Source: Limisphaerales bacterium
GTDB lineage: Bacteria; Verrucomicrobiota; Verrucomicrobiia; Limisphaerales; JAKEEH01
Direction: 5' to 3'
DNA length: 59,293 nucleotides
Assembly (NCBI GenBank): GCA_022616725.1
Contig: JAKEEH010000246.1
Coordinates: forward strand, 1-59,293
Both the position numbers and the translations under genes were made by a program. The notes below the pieces were generated by a model. The model saw only the letters and a list, made by a program, of their open reading frames with translations, searched no databases and was not told the DNA's origin. Numbering within the stretch: the first letter of the stretch is position 1; every line of letters starts with the position of its first letter. Positions 37,897-47,639 of the stretch are shown here, one piece after another.

Positions 37897-38031
37897 TCGC
37901 TTAGCGGTCGCTTGGCGTATCGCTTGGCGTTCGCCTGCCGGGCGCCGTCGCTCTGCGCGGCCTTGGCCGCCTGCGCTTCCAACAGGTCGGCCTTGTTTTT
38001 CGGCGCGAAGTGCCGCATATTGGCGCCAACC

Positions 38032-39819
38032 ATGTCCCAAACATGCCGGTGTTCCATCTCCCTTGGCCATTTATTGGCCGGGTTAGCGCTGTTGGCGTGG
38101 GGAGAAGCTTCCGCGCTTCCCGGGCACTCGTTGAGACTCATCGTCCAAGCGGGGTATTTGCCGGGTCTGCCTGTGCTGGTGCGTGTCGAACTGCGTGACG
38201 ACAAGGGACAGCCCGACCGCAACGTCTGGAACGCGCAGGCGACGCTCTCCGAAGAGAGTGACACGGTGACGCTCTCGACGAACCGGGTCTTGCTGCGCAA
38301 CGGGTTGGGAACGGCGCTGGTCACGCCGAGCGGCTCCGGCGATTTCACGCTGCGGGCCGAGCTGGGAGGATTGCAAGCGGAGCGCCTGATCCAGGATCGC
38401 TCCAGCGAGCCTGTGACACGAGTGTCGGGAACGCTTGCGGGTACGGAAACGACCTGGGCGGGAGTGATTCTCATCACGAACGACACTACTGTTCCGACAG
38501 GTCATACGCTGTCCATCGAGTCAAACACTTTGGTGCTTGTGAGCGGCGTCGCCAGCGGCACGATCGCGCCGGATCTTCTGGTCAGCGGCTCCATACAATG
38601 TCTGGGCGCCGAAGCGCACCCAATTACGATCACATGCGCCAGTCCTGGTTTGCGCTGGGGCCAAATCCGTCATAACAACGCGCAGCCATCGCTCTATCGT
38701 TACACGACGATCACCCGCGCGGGCCGAGCGTCCGGGGAGGGTCACACCGGCCAGGCGCCCGTCATACGGCCCACGAACTCGCGGATTGTATTCGAGCACT
38801 GCACGATTTCCGATCACGCGGAGCGGCCTTCCGGGATGCCGGGAAAGATTATGCAGGCCAGCGGATCGGACCTGGTGTTCGATGACACGGTCCTGGCGCG
38901 GGCACGCATGGGGCCGGAAATCGCGGGCACATCCCTCCTGCTCACCAACAGCTACATTCTGGAAATGCACGGCCCGGACGATGCCGACGGCATTTACATT
39001 CATGACGCGGGCGGCCGGGTGGCAAATCTGGTCGATTCGGTGATTGCCGACGGCGACGACGACGGTATCGACACTCTATCATCGCTGGTGGATGTCGAGC
39101 GCTGCATTATCCGCGATTGGCTGAATCCGGCCGAAGACGCCAAAGGGATCAGCGCCTTCAATCGAACGGTGACGGTGCGACGAAGCCTGATCGTGGATTG
39201 CTGGGTGGCAATTTCCGCCAAGTGGAGCAGCGGGTCGCCGGCCACGGTGTTCATCCACGAAAGCACGCTGGCGGGGGTGTCGAATACGGTGGCCGCCAAT
39301 TACAAGGCCAACGCGGTTGGGCCGTTCGTGGACTTTCGGATCACGAACTCGATTATGGTCGGCCCAGACCCGATCAAATCGGATTTTGGGACGACAAATT
39401 TTACGATTGGGTTCTGCCTTGCTGACGAGCCCTGGGACGGGGATGGGAACGTCGTGGCGAATCCGCGCTTTGTCGATGCGGCGAATCATGACTATCATTT
39501 GCAGGTTGGTTCACCGTGCATTGATGCAGGCGACCCCGCCTCTCCGCTGGACGCTGACGGCAGCCGAATTGACATTGGGTGTTTCACGTTCCAAGTCCCA
39601 TCGCCAGCCCTAAGCCCGCCGGAATTGCTCGCGGGAGAGGGGTTTCAGTTCATGTTTTCGGGCTACACGAATCGAAATTACGCCATCGAAATATCGACAA
39701 ACGCGCAAAAATGGGACATCTTTACGCTGATAACTCATACTAATGAGCCCAGGATGATCCGAGACCCGGCGGTGAGCACCAACGGTCTGCGTCTGTATCG
39801 GGCGCGGCTGGCCGAGTAG
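38032..39819 (+). CDS. Secreted right-handed beta-helix protein
   Basis: ATG 38032 gives the signal peptide MSQTCRCSISLGHLLAGLALLAWGEASA. Later features are DGIYIHDAGG, GDDDGIDT and NPRFVDAANHDYHLQVGSPCIDAGDP, the typical end of pectate-lyase-like beta-helix domains. The C-terminal module ends LRLYRARLAE. Confidence 0.7.
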   Translation: MSQTCRCSISLGHLLAGLALLAWGEASALPGHSLRLIVQAGYLPGLPVLVRVELRDDKGQPDRNVWNAQATLSEESDTVTLSTNRVLLRNGLGTALVTPSGSGDFTLRAELGGLQAERLIQDRSSEPVTRVSGTLAGTETTWAGVILITNDTTVPTGHTLSIESNTLVLVSGVASGTIAPDLLVSGSIQCLGAEAHPITITCASPGLRWGQIRHNNAQPSLYRYTTITRAGRASGEGHTGQAPVIRPTNSRIVFEHCTISDHAERPSGMPGKIMQASGSDLVFDDTVLARARMGPEIAGTSLLLTNSYILEMHGPDDADGIYIHDAGGRVANLVDSVIADGDDDGIDTLSSLVDVERCIIRDWLNPAEDAKGISAFNRTVTVRRSLIVDCWVAISAKWSSGSPATVFIHESTLAGVSNTVAANYKANAVGPFVDFRITNSIMVGPDPIKSDFGTTNFTIGFCLADEPWDGDGNVVANPRFVDAANHDYHLQVGSPCIDAGDPASPLDADGSRIDIGCFTFQVPSPALSPPELLAGEGFQFMFSGYTNRNYAIEISTNAQKWDIFTLITHTNEPRMIRDPAVSTNGLRLYRARLAE

Positions 39820-39882
39820 TTTTTGAAAGAATCCGGAGCATAGGTCCGTTTAACGCTTATTCAGAGTCCACAATCGAGCCTT

Positions 39883-42800
39883 ATGATGAATTGCATCGTG
39901 CGAGCAGCCGTCACCATGGCGCTCCTGTGTGTCGTGGTCGCCGGTCGCGGCCAGGTGATCATCAACGAAATCATGTATCACCCCTCCTCCGAGAATGTAT
40001 TGGAGGAATACATCGAGTTGCACAATCGCGCCGGCACGAATGTCAACCTGGGCGGCTGGCGATTCAGCAACGGCGTCGAGTTCACCTTTGCGCCGAATAC
40101 CATCCTTCCGGCCAATGGTTACCTGGTCGTCGCCGCGCATCGCCAGACATTTACGAACAAGTACCCCGGCGTGCTCAATGTGGTCGGCAACTGGGTCGGC
40201 ATCCTGAGCAACACGCGCAACGACATCGACCTCGACGACGCGGGCGGCAACCGCATCGACAGCGTCGAATACGCCGACGAAGGCGATTGGGCGATCCGGC
40301 AGCGCGGCCCGCTCGACCGCGGCTTCCGAGGCTGGGTCTGGTACAAGGAACATGATGGCCTCGGCAAATCGCTGGAACTGATTAATCCGGCGCTGCCCAA
40401 CGAACACGGGCAAAACTGGGCTGCCAGCACGCCTGTTAACGGCACGCCAGGCGCAGCGAATTCAGTGCTCGACTCGAACATCGCCCCGATGATCCTGCAA
40501 GCCGGGCACTTTCCTGTGGTTCCGACACCCGCGGATGCTGTTACGATCAGCGCGCGATTGCTCGATGAATCCACCGTCGGCCTTTCGGCCATCTTGCGCT
40601 GGCGGGTGGACGGCGCCTCTTCCTTTTCGTCCGCAACGATGTTTGATGACGGCGCTCACGGGGACGGCGCGGCGGCAGACGGCATCTGGGCCGCGATTCT
40701 TTCGGCACAACCGAACAACACCGTAGTCGAGTTCTATATCGAAGCTTCCGACGCCCAAAGCAACACTCGGACCTGGCCGGCCCCGACGATCCCTGCAACG
40801 GATGGCGACCCTGAGCCTGGCGGGCAGCGCGCCAACGCGCTTTATCAGGTCGATGACAATCCGCTGAACGTCTTCGGAGGCGTGCCTTCGCAACAGCCGG
40901 TTTATAAAATGATATTTACGGAAGCGGAACGAGTCGAGTTGGCAAGTATTCCCGGCCAGAGCAACAATCAAGGGCCTAATTCGCAGATGAACGGCACGTT
41001 TGTCAGCCTCGATTCGAGCGGCCCGTCTCTGCATTACCTCGTGGGCGTGCGCAACCGCGGCCATGCGAGCCGAACGGCCAATCCACCCAATTACCGAGTG
41101 AATTTCCGGTCGGATGACCGCTGGCAGGGCGTTACCGCCATCAATTTCAACAGCCGCGAGGTCCACATCCAGCATTTTGGGAGTGTCCAGGCAATCAAAT
41201 CGGGTTCGGCCGGCAGCTATTCGCGCGCGGCGCAAGTGCGCGTTAACAATCAGAACCGGGCGTCAAGCGGCGCCCCCATGTTTGGCTCCTACGCCGCCAA
41301 CGAAGTCTATAACAATGAATGGGCGGAGCGCCATTATCCGAACGACGGTGGCGGCAACGTTTACAAGGCCGTCAGGGATTTGGGCCCGCCGGAGTTTGAT
41401 TACCGCACGGAGGCAGCGTATCCGAGCGCATTTTATCCCCGGCCTCCCTCTCCAGCCGCGAATAATTTCGTAAACTTTGGTCCTGAAGACAGCCGGACCT
41501 ACACGAACACTTTTTACAAAGAGACCAATGTCAGCGAGGACGACTGGACCGATTTGATCGGCATGGTGCGCGTGATGGGCCGCAATGGCACCGATGACTT
41601 TACCGAAGCGTCGGTGCGGCAAGTCATCAATGTGGAAGAATGGCTCACCCACCTCGCCGTGATGTGTCTGATGGGCAACGCCGAGTCGGGCCTCAACGAC
41701 GGACACAACGACGACTATTACATGTATAGCGGGGCCATTGATCGTCGTTTCGTCCTCATGCACCATGATCTTGATCAGATCCTGGGGGTCAATTCGCGCC
41801 CTACGACGGACGGATTATTCGGGATGATGAATTCGCCGCCTCGCGGGTCCCAGGACATTGGTGGGGTCGGGTTGATGATGCAGCGTTTCTTGAGCACAAA
41901 CTATGTTTTCCGGGCGCAGTATTTGCAAACGCTTCAACACCTGCTGAACACGACGTTTTCCGCGGCGCAATTTGACGCGGCGGTTGATCAGACCCTGGGC
42001 GGCTACGTTCCGCCAGCCACTCGGAACAGCCTCAAGAGCTGGATGAGCGGACGTCGCGCGCATGTGCAGGGATTACTCGGCGCTAATTCCCCGATACCCG
42101 GCGTGGCAACGATCAGCGGCGAGCCCCGTTCGCCGACCCCATTGCAGACCGCCACACTGACCATTGGCGGCAACGACGTCGTCAGCTATCGCTTCCGGTT
42201 GAATAACGGCTCGTATGGAGCGGAACGGCCAGTCAGCCAGCAAATTGTTTTCCCCAGCCTCGGCAACGGAACCACGAACACGGTCTATGTGATCGGCAAA
42301 ACGTCTGCGGGCGGCTGGCAAAGCACTGCCAACCCGACGCCGTCCAAAACATGGGTGGTCAACACGGCATGGCCGGGCGTGCGCATAAACGAGGTGCTCG
42401 CGGACAATGTTTCGGCAATCAATCACAATGGGTCGTTTCCCGACGTAATCGAGCTTTATAATGAAGGATCGGGTGCGGTGGACCTTTCCGGGATGCGGTT
42501 GACGGACGATCCGGCCGAGCCGAATAAATATACTTTCCCACAGGGAACCAGCCTTGGAGCGGGCCAATACCTCGCTTTGTATGCGAACGAGATCGGCTTT
42601 TCGCTCGATGCCACAGGCGAGGGAGTTTATCTTTACCATCGCATTGCCAATGGCGGAGCATTGTTGGACTCGGTTCAGTTTGGGGTTCAGTTGCCGGATC
42701 GCTCGATCGGCCGTACCGGCAACGGCATCGGATCATGGGCGCTGTGTCAGCCGACCGAGGGAGCGGTCAACACAGCCATTCCGACCGTGGCGCCGTATTC

Positions 42801-45800
42801 AGTGCGCATAAACGAATGGCTCACCGCGCCGCAAAGCCCATTCGGCGACGACTTCATCGAATTATATAATCCCACCGCCGCGCCGGTGGATATCGGCGGC
42901 CTGTTCCTTACGGATACCCCCATTGGCGCGCCCAACCGTCATCGAATCCCTGACCTGACATTTATTCCCGCAGGCGGATTTTTCGTCTTCACTGCCGACG
43001 GCAACAACGACCCCGAGCACGTGAATTTCCAGTTGAGCTCCGATCTGGGCGAAATCGCGCTCGTTGCGCCCGGACGTGTAGTCATCGACTGCGTCAGTTA
43101 TGGTCCGCAGCGGCCAGGCATCTCGATGGGACGCTGTCCGGATGGCGCGCTGAACATCACCCACCTGGTGTTGCCGACCCCCGGTTCGCCAAACGCGTGT
43201 CCTTCAACCGTGACGCCAAACGTCGTCGCACTGTTCGATTACACCAACGTATGGCGCTACATGGACGGTGGCACCAACATCGGAAGCACATGGATGGCCA
43301 CGAATTACAACGACGGATGGTGGCCGTCCGGGCCGGGGCTCCTGGGTCTGGATAACGATCCCCAGCCCGAACCAATCCGGACGCCGTTCTTCTCACCTAT
43401 TTCCGGCAAGCTGGCGTTTTATTTTCGCACCAGGTTTGTCCTGCCCCCCGGTCTTCAAGTCTCCCAACTCTCAGTCACACATCTGATCGACGACGGCGCG
43501 ATCTTCTATCTGAATGGCCAGGAAGTTGGGCCGCGATTCAATATGCCAAACGGACCGGTTGACTATCTCACTCCGGCCAATGGCACGGTCGGGTTGTCCA
43601 CCTCGTATAATTCATTTGAATTCGTTCCTCCGAATTTACAACCGGGCACAAATTTCTTCGCTGTCGAAGTCCATCAGGCCGCTGCCAACAGTCCCGACAT
43701 AGTTTTCGGTCTCAAACTCGACGCATTGATCATTACCAACACTCCGGGCGGCGCTGGCGTCGTCATCAATGAAGTTTTCGCCAACAACGGCACCTTCGCC
43801 GAAGCCGACGGTTCAACGCCCGATTGGGTTGAGTTCTATAACCCTTCCGATACAGCCGTTGACCTCGCAGGTTTCAGCCTCAGCGACAGCACACTCAACC
43901 CGGATCGTTTCGTTTTTTCGGCTGGCTCAATCGTCCCTGCGCAAGGTTATTTCTCGATCCGGTGCGATGCCGATCGCCCGGCCTCTCCGACGAACACCGG
44001 CTTCGGCCTCAAGGCTTCGGGCGACTCGGTTTACCTCTTTAACCCAAATAATACGGTTTTGACGAACGTTGCGTTCGGAATTCAAGCGGCCGATTTCTCC
44101 ATTGGCCGGATTGGTGGCAACTGGACTTTGTGCCTGCCTACGATTGGCTCTGCGAATATCGGGACTACCTTCGGCAATGTCATGCTGCTGCGCATCAACG
44201 AGTGGATGGCCGACCCCGAGCCCGGAGAGGACGATTACATTGAGATTTACAATCCCAACGCTCAGCCCGTTGCGGTGGGAGGCTGCTATCTGACCGACAA
44301 TTTAGGCAATCGCACCAAACATCTCATTGCGCCCCTGTCTTTCATCGGCGCGGGCACGAACGCCTGGCAGAGGTTTGTCGCCGACAGCAATATAGGCGCG
44401 GGCGCGGACCATGTCAATTTCGGTCTTCGGGCCGAAGGCGAGGAGATCGGTCTGTCGGCCACCAACGGCGCACCCATCGACAGCATCCCGAATTTTGGCC
44501 AGCAGACTTCCGGCGTCTCACAAGGGCGCTTGCTGGACGGCGAAGCCACGATCGTCAGCTTTCCGGGAACGCCTTCCCCCGGCGATCCCAATTATATCCT
44601 CATGAACAACGTCGTGATCAGCGAAGTGCTGACCCACACCGATTTGCCGTTCGAAGACGCCATCGAAATCCAGAATGTCGGCCCTTCGCCGGTCAACGTC
44701 TCCGGATGGTGGCTTAGCGATTCGCGCGGCTCACCCCGCAAATACCAGATTCCGATTACCCCGCCGATTCCGTCAGGAGGGTTCAAAGTGTTTTACGAAT
44801 ACCAGTTCAACGACCGGGACGTCGCGCCAATTCCCTTCGCGCTCAGCTCCGCCGGTGGCGATGAAGTTTACCTTTCTGCGGCGACGAACAACGCCTTGAC
44901 GGGCGTTCGCGCCCAGGCCGAGTTCCCCGCCGCGGAAAACGGAGTCCCGTTTGGCCGCTATCGCGCTTCCCAGGGATACGACTTCACGGCCCTGAGCCGG
45001 CGAACTTTTGGCCAGGATAACCCGCCCAATGTTGAGATGTTCCGCACTGGCACCGGCCTCAGCAATGCCTATCCCAAAGTCGGCCCAATCGTCATCAGCG
45101 AAATCATGTATCACCCGCCCGACATCATGCTGACGAACGACAATGTCGTGGAAGAGTTCGTCGAGTTGCACAACGTGACCAATGTCACCGTGAATCTTTA
45201 CGATCCCGCCAATCCCACCAACCGCTGGCGCTTGCGCGATGGCGTTGATTTCGATTTTCCCGGCGGCATCAACCTCGCGCCGGGAGGCTATCTTCTCGTG
45301 GTGAGTTTCGATCCTCAGAATAACGCCCCCGCGCTGGCCGCTTTCCGGGCCAAGTACGGCAGCAATTCGGTCGTGCTCGGCCCTTACAGCGGCAAACTCG
45401 ACAACGGCGGCGAGGGGATCAAACTCCTCAAGCCCGACGCGCCGCAACCCGACGGGCGGGCCCCTTACATCCTGGTCGATTTCGTCTCCTATTCTGATCG
45501 CGCTCCATGGCCCACTAACGCGGATGGTTTTGGAATGTCGCTGCAGCGCGTCCATGTCCTTGGTTACGGCAACGATCCCACCAATTGGCTGGCGGCCGCG
45601 CCAACCCCCGGCCCCTCCGGCGTCCTCGATTCCGACGGCGACGGCATGCCGAATTCCTGGGAAAACCTGTACATGTTCAATCCAAACAACCCCAATGATG
45701 CCGACGATGATCCCGACAACGACGGGATGACAAACCTGGAGGAATACATGGCTGGGACGCATCCCCGGCAGGCCGGCAGCCGATTGCGCGTAGAATCTAT

Positions 45801-46005
45801 CACGTCCTCGGGCGCCAACGTCACTCTGCAATTCAACGCGGCATCGAACAAGACCTATACTGTACAATACCGAACGTCGTTATCGACGGGATCGTGGGTC
45901 CTGCTCAACAGCGTCCCTGCGTCGCCCACGAATGTCCTGCGCACCATCAACGATTCCGGAGCCGGCGGCAGCGCGCAGCGCTACTATCGCGTGCTCACCC
46001 CTTGA
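39883..46005 (+). CDS. Giant secreted CotH-kinase-family protein with seven lamin-tail domains (LTD)
   Basis: The LTD signature INE(I/V/W)...(F/Y)IE(L/I)(Y/H)N....V.L.GW.L.D was counted seven times. The CotH region includes NYRVNFRSDDRWQGVTAINFNS...GNVYKAV...HNDDYYMY...FVLMHHDLDQILG. The C-terminus has DSDGDGMPNSWE...DDDPDNDGMTNLEEY calcium-binding-like repeats. Confidence 0.85.
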   Translation: MMNCIVRAAVTMALLCVVVAGRGQVIINEIMYHPSSENVLEEYIELHNRAGTNVNLGGWRFSNGVEFTFAPNTILPANGYLVVAAHRQTFTNKYPGVLNVVGNWVGILSNTRNDIDLDDAGGNRIDSVEYADEGDWAIRQRGPLDRGFRGWVWYKEHDGLGKSLELINPALPNEHGQNWAASTPVNGTPGAANSVLDSNIAPMILQAGHFPVVPTPADAVTISARLLDESTVGLSAILRWRVDGASSFSSATMFDDGAHGDGAAADGIWAAILSAQPNNTVVEFYIEASDAQSNTRTWPAPTIPATDGDPEPGGQRANALYQVDDNPLNVFGGVPSQQPVYKMIFTEAERVELASIPGQSNNQGPNSQMNGTFVSLDSSGPSLHYLVGVRNRGHASRTANPPNYRVNFRSDDRWQGVTAINFNSREVHIQHFGSVQAIKSGSAGSYSRAAQVRVNNQNRASSGAPMFGSYAANEVYNNEWAERHYPNDGGGNVYKAVRDLGPPEFDYRTEAAYPSAFYPRPPSPAANNFVNFGPEDSRTYTNTFYKETNVSEDDWTDLIGMVRVMGRNGTDDFTEASVRQVINVEEWLTHLAVMCLMGNAESGLNDGHNDDYYMYSGAIDRRFVLMHHDLDQILGVNSRPTTDGLFGMMNSPPRGSQDIGGVGLMMQRFLSTNYVFRAQYLQTLQHLLNTTFSAAQFDAAVDQTLGGYVPPATRNSLKSWMSGRRAHVQGLLGANSPIPGVATISGEPRSPTPLQTATLTIGGNDVVSYRFRLNNGSYGAERPVSQQIVFPSLGNGTTNTVYVIGKTSAGGWQSTANPTPSKTWVVNTAWPGVRINEVLADNVSAINHNGSFPDVIELYNEGSGAVDLSGMRLTDDPAEPNKYTFPQGTSLGAGQYLALYANEIGFSLDATGEGVYLYHRIANGGALLDSVQFGVQLPDRSIGRTGNGIGSWALCQPTEGAVNTAIPTVAPYSVRINEWLTAPQSPFGDDFIELYNPTAAPVDIGGLFLTDTPIGAPNRHRIPDLTFIPAGGFFVFTADGNNDPEHVNFQLSSDLGEIALVAPGRVVIDCVSYGPQRPGISMGRCPDGALNITHLVLPTPGSPNACPSTVTPNVVALFDYTNVWRYMDGGTNIGSTWMATNYNDGWWPSGPGLLGLDNDPQPEPIRTPFFSPISGKLAFYFRTRFVLPPGLQVSQLSVTHLIDDGAIFYLNGQEVGPRFNMPNGPVDYLTPANGTVGLSTSYNSFEFVPPNLQPGTNFFAVEVHQAAANSPDIVFGLKLDALIITNTPGGAGVVINEVFANNGTFAEADGSTPDWVEFYNPSDTAVDLAGFSLSDSTLNPDRFVFSAGSIVPAQGYFSIRCDADRPASPTNTGFGLKASGDSVYLFNPNNTVLTNVAFGIQAADFSIGRIGGNWTLCLPTIGSANIGTTFGNVMLLRINEWMADPEPGEDDYIEIYNPNAQPVAVGGCYLTDNLGNRTKHLIAPLSFIGAGTNAWQRFVADSNIGAGADHVNFGLRAEGEEIGLSATNGAPIDSIPNFGQQTSGVSQGRLLDGEATIVSFPGTPSPGDPNYILMNNVVISEVLTHTDLPFEDAIEIQNVGPSPVNVSGWWLSDSRGSPRKYQIPITPPIPSGGFKVFYEYQFNDRDVAPIPFALSSAGGDEVYLSAATNNALTGVRAQAEFPAAENGVPFGRYRASQGYDFTALSRRTFGQDNPPNVEMFRTGTGLSNAYPKVGPIVISEIMYHPPDIMLTNDNVVEEFVELHNVTNVTVNLYDPANPTNRWRLRDGVDFDFPGGINLAPGGYLLVVSFDPQNNAPALAAFRAKYGSNSVVLGPYSGKLDNGGEGIKLLKPDAPQPDGRAPYILVDFVSYSDRAPWPTNADGFGMSLQRVHVLGYGNDPTNWLAAAPTPGPSGVLDSDGDGMPNSWENLYMFNPNNPNDADDDPDNDGMTNLEEYMAGTHPRQAGSRLRVESITSSGANVTLQFNAASNKTYTVQYRTSLSTGSWVLLNSVPASPTNVLRTINDSGAGGSAQRYYRVLTP

Positions 46006-46018
46006 TTTTGTAACCCTC

Positions 46019-46125
46019 GACGTAAGGAGGGGGCTGACTCGGGGCTGACTCAGACAGTTTCCAGACGCACAGAGTTCGTTCCTGGAAGCAGCGCCCTCCT
46101 TACGTCGGGGTTACAGGCCCGCCTT
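46019..46125. repeat. Long inverted repeat (22-bp arms, one bulge) enclosing a roughly 60-nt structured loop
   Basis: TGTAACCCTCGACGTAAGGAGGG (46019-46041) pairs with CCCTCCTTACGTCGGGGTTACA (46104-46125). The loop contains GGCTGACTC x2 and a TTCCAG...CTGGAA hairpin. Confidence 0.7.
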
Positions 46126-46197
46126 GCGCGCCGTCCGAAGTCGATTGTTTCGCTGCTTTGCGTCTTCGAGTCTTTGTTGTTAATTTGCTTTCCTGAA

Positions 46198-47580
46198 ATG
46201 AGCTTTCGGCTCGAATCTGACTCGATGGGGGAAATGCGCGTTCCGAGTGACGCGTATTACGGCGCGCAAGCCGCGCGCGCGGTGGAGAATTTCCCGATTA
46301 GCGGTTTTCGCTTTTCGCAGGCATTTATCGCCGCGCTCGGTCGGATCAAAAAACATGCAGCCGCCACGAATGCCGCCCTAGGCCTCCTCGATTCCAAAAT
46401 CGCCGACGCAATTCAGCGAGCCGCAGACGAGGTGATCGACGGGCGACTCTATCCTCAGTTCGTCGTGGACGTGTTCCAAACCGGATCGGGCACGTCCACA
46501 AACATGAACGCCAACGAAGTGATTGCCAATCGCGCGGCGGAATTGCTCGGCGGCAAAATCGGCGACAGATCAGTCCACCCCAACGACCACGTCAATATGG
46601 GACAATCCAGCAACGACGTCATTCCGAGCGCGATCCACATCGCTGCTCTCGACGGAATCGTTCATCGATTGATCCCGGCCCTCGATGAGTTGAAGGCTGC
46701 TTTGCAGAAAAAGACGGCCGAGTTCGACAACATTCTGAAGATCGGGCGCACGCATCTCCAGGATGCCACGCCGATGCGGCTCGGCCAGGAATTCTCCGGC
46801 TACGCCAGCCAGATCGAGCATGGCATCGCTCGCCTCAACAACGTGCGTCCACATCTCGCCGAACTCGCCCTCGGCGGGACCGCCGTCGGTACCGGCCTGA
46901 ACACGCACCCCGAGTTCGCGCGGCGCACCATTGACGCCCTCGCCCGCGACACGGGGCTGGAATTGCGCGAGGCCGGAAACCACTTTGAGGCCCACGCCAG
47001 CCGCGATGCCTGCGTTGAAGCCAGCGGCGCGCTAAAGGTCGTTGCGGTAAGTCTCTTCAAAATTGCGAACGACATTCGCTGGCTCGCTTCGGGTCCTCGC
47101 CTTGGACTCGGCGAACTGAAACTTCCCGCAACCCAGCCCGGCTCGTCGATTATGCCCGGCAAGGTCAATCCTGTGATGTGCGAAATGGCGCTTCAGGTCG
47201 GCGCGCAAGTGATCGGCAACGACTTCGCCATCACCTTCGCTGGCGCGTTCGGCAACTTCGAGCTCAACACGATGATGCCCGTGATCGCGTGGAATTTGCT
47301 TCAGTCAATTGATTTGCTGACCAACGCCTCCAGCATCTTTGCCCGCCGCGCCATCGAGGGTTTGGCGGCGGATCACGTTCGCTGCGAAGCCAATGTCGAA
47401 CGCAGCCTCGCAATGTGCACGGCCCTTGCGCCCGTGATCGGTTACGACAAAGCCGCGCGGATCGCCAAGGTTGCTTACGAAACGAATCGCACTGTGCGCG
47501 AAGTCGCGACCGAATTGTCGGGTCTGGATCACAAAACCCTTGATCGCCTCCTGGACCCACGCACCCAGAGCGGCGCTTGA
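46198..47580 (+). CDS. fumC: Class II fumarate hydratase
   Basis: GSSIMPGKVNP signature, GGTAVGTGLNTHPEF, SSNDVIPSAIHIAA and an N-terminal SDSMGEMRVPSDAYYGAQAARAVENF. PGKVNP and the THPEF context favour fumarase over aspartase. Confidence 0.85.
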   Translation: MSFRLESDSMGEMRVPSDAYYGAQAARAVENFPISGFRFSQAFIAALGRIKKHAAATNAALGLLDSKIADAIQRAADEVIDGRLYPQFVVDVFQTGSGTSTNMNANEVIANRAAELLGGKIGDRSVHPNDHVNMGQSSNDVIPSAIHIAALDGIVHRLIPALDELKAALQKKTAEFDNILKIGRTHLQDATPMRLGQEFSGYASQIEHGIARLNNVRPHLAELALGGTAVGTGLNTHPEFARRTIDALARDTGLELREAGNHFEAHASRDACVEASGALKVVAVSLFKIANDIRWLASGPRLGLGELKLPATQPGSSIMPGKVNPVMCEMALQVGAQVIGNDFAITFAGAFGNFELNTMMPVIAWNLLQSIDLLTNASSIFARRAIEGLAADHVRCEANVERSLAMCTALAPVIGYDKAARIAKVAYETNRTVREVATELSGLDHKTLDRLLDPRTQSGA

Positions 47581-47639
47581 ACGGACGACCCGAATCCAAA
47601 GTCCGAAGCTCGAACTTTCTTTGGCCGCGCCCCCTGTGA

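Noticed and set aside
279-46125. Possibility that the tandem repeats are CRISPR arrays
   Set aside because: The units are only 6-10 nt and directly abutting, with no unique spacers. No cas genes are present.
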